This document shows, piece after piece, positions 63,434-64,000 of a stretch of 64,000 nt of DNA. Positions within the stretch are counted from its first letter, which is position 1; every line of letters starts with the position of its first letter. The position numbers and the translations under genes are program-made. The notes under the pieces are model-generated. The model searched no databases. It was not told where the DNA came from and saw only the letters and a list, made by a program, of their open reading frames with translations. Source of the DNA: an uncultured Bacillales bacterium (GTDB taxonomy: Bacteria; Bacillota_I; Bacilli_A; RF39; UBA660); NCBI GenBank assembly GCA_946412015.1, contig CAMKGA010000001.1, forward strand, positions 1,041-65,040, given 5' to 3'.

Positions 63434-64000
63434 TTATTCTCCCTTTCTATGTTTAATTAATATTTTAGCTTCTATACTATCTTCATTAATTAATTCTTCT
63501 TTATAACGATTAACTGCATCCATCCAATTAGGAAGTCTATTAAATCCTGCATCATCTAAAGATTTTTTACTTAATTTTGAATTAAGTGGACGAGTTGCTT
63601 TTTGTGGATAATCTTTTGTTGGAATTGGATTTACTTTCATATTTATATTACTGCTTTCGAAAATATATTTAGCAAATTCTGCCCAACTACAGAATCCTTC
63701 ATTATTAGCATGATATGTACCATACTTTTCTGTACTAACCATATCAACTAATAATTTAGCAAGATCAACAGTATATGTAGGAGATCCTACTTGATCTGCT
63801 ACTACATTTAATTCATCTCTTGATTCAGATAATTTTAGCATTGTACGAATAAAGTTTTTACCATTTATTCCAAATACCCATGAAATTCTAACTATAAAAT
63901 GCTTTTCATAATCTCTTACAGCTTCCTCACCTTGGTATTTAGTTTTACCATAAACACTAAGTGGATTTGGCTTATCATCGATTTCATACATTCCATCTTT
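63434..64000 (-). CDS. rfbD: dTDP-4-dehydrorhamnose reductase (C-terminal part; N-terminus beyond the right edge)
   Basis: Frame open to position 64000 (..KDGMYEIDDKPNPLSVYGKTKYQGE...). YxxxK motif and the RmlD C-terminal substrate domain. Confidence 0.85.
   Translation of the reverse strand, partial: KDGMYEIDDKPNPLSVYGKTKYQGEEAVRDYEKHFIVRISWVFGINGKNFIRTMLKLSESRDELNVVADQVGSPTYTVDLAKLLVDMVSTEKYGTYHANNEGFCSWAEFAKYIFESSNINMKVNPIPTKDYPQKATRPLNSKLSKKSLDDAGFNRLPNWMDAVNRYKEELINEDSIEAKILIKHRKGE

Noticed and set aside
1-64000. Alternative genetic code (UGA = Trp), as in Mollicutes-like AT-rich lineages
   Set aside because: All conserved genes translate full length with the standard code. Trp is encoded by TGG at conserved positions (e.g. 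ChW repeats), and TGA is used as a genuine stop (smc, muramidase, the 1098-aa ORF).

Overview
All calls are by eye and hand translation, with no database search. The window comes from a very AT-rich chromosome (roughly three quarters A+T by eye) of an endospore-forming Firmicute (Bacillota). It uses the standard genetic code. About 60 protein genes are present, and all but three (rarA, a methyltransferase, cysE) lie on the minus strand. No rRNA, tRNA, CRISPR array, IS element or prophage was seen.

Left half (1-33 kb) is core housekeeping: xerD-like recombinase (partial), rarA, holA, smc, a GT4 glycolipid-type transferase, ylmC and sigG. It also holds a truncated dcw cluster (murG-murB-divIB-[prepilin-like gene]-ftsA-ftsZ), mutL, nusB-xseA-xseB, a VanY-type peptidase, spoIIP and tcdA. 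Lineage-specific ORFans are scattered among these.

The ORFans and unusual elements I consider most worth following up are:
- a prepilin-signal protein with a recently homogenised 549-bp internal duplication, inserted in the division cluster;
- a promoter-to-terminator operon that begins with a 1098-aa ORFan translationally coupled to a 72-aa OB-fold-like protein and runs into tcdA;
- a monocistronic P-loop/CYTH fusion gene;
- a cytoplasmic LRR protein appended to the xseAB operon;
- a candidate ~105-nt structured RNA (two hairpins with identical loop heptamers plus a terminator) in front of ylmC.

Right half (34-64 kb) is one large rhamnose-type cell-wall glycopolymer region organised as several promoter-delimited modules. 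It contains:
- rmlB/rmlD;
- a split OatA-like pair coupled to a ChW-repeat GH25 muramidase;
- an amino-sugar module with a frameshifted 3,4-ketoisomerase;
- a TagF-type glycerophosphotransferase;
- an ABC exporter with bifunctional glycosyltransferases;
- a GacI/J/K/L-like side-chain module with two GT-C-like membrane proteins;
- a GT11 transferase, a DUF1972-type rhamnosyltransferase, a deacetylase and GtrA.

Hairpin and promoter coordinates are hand-derived.
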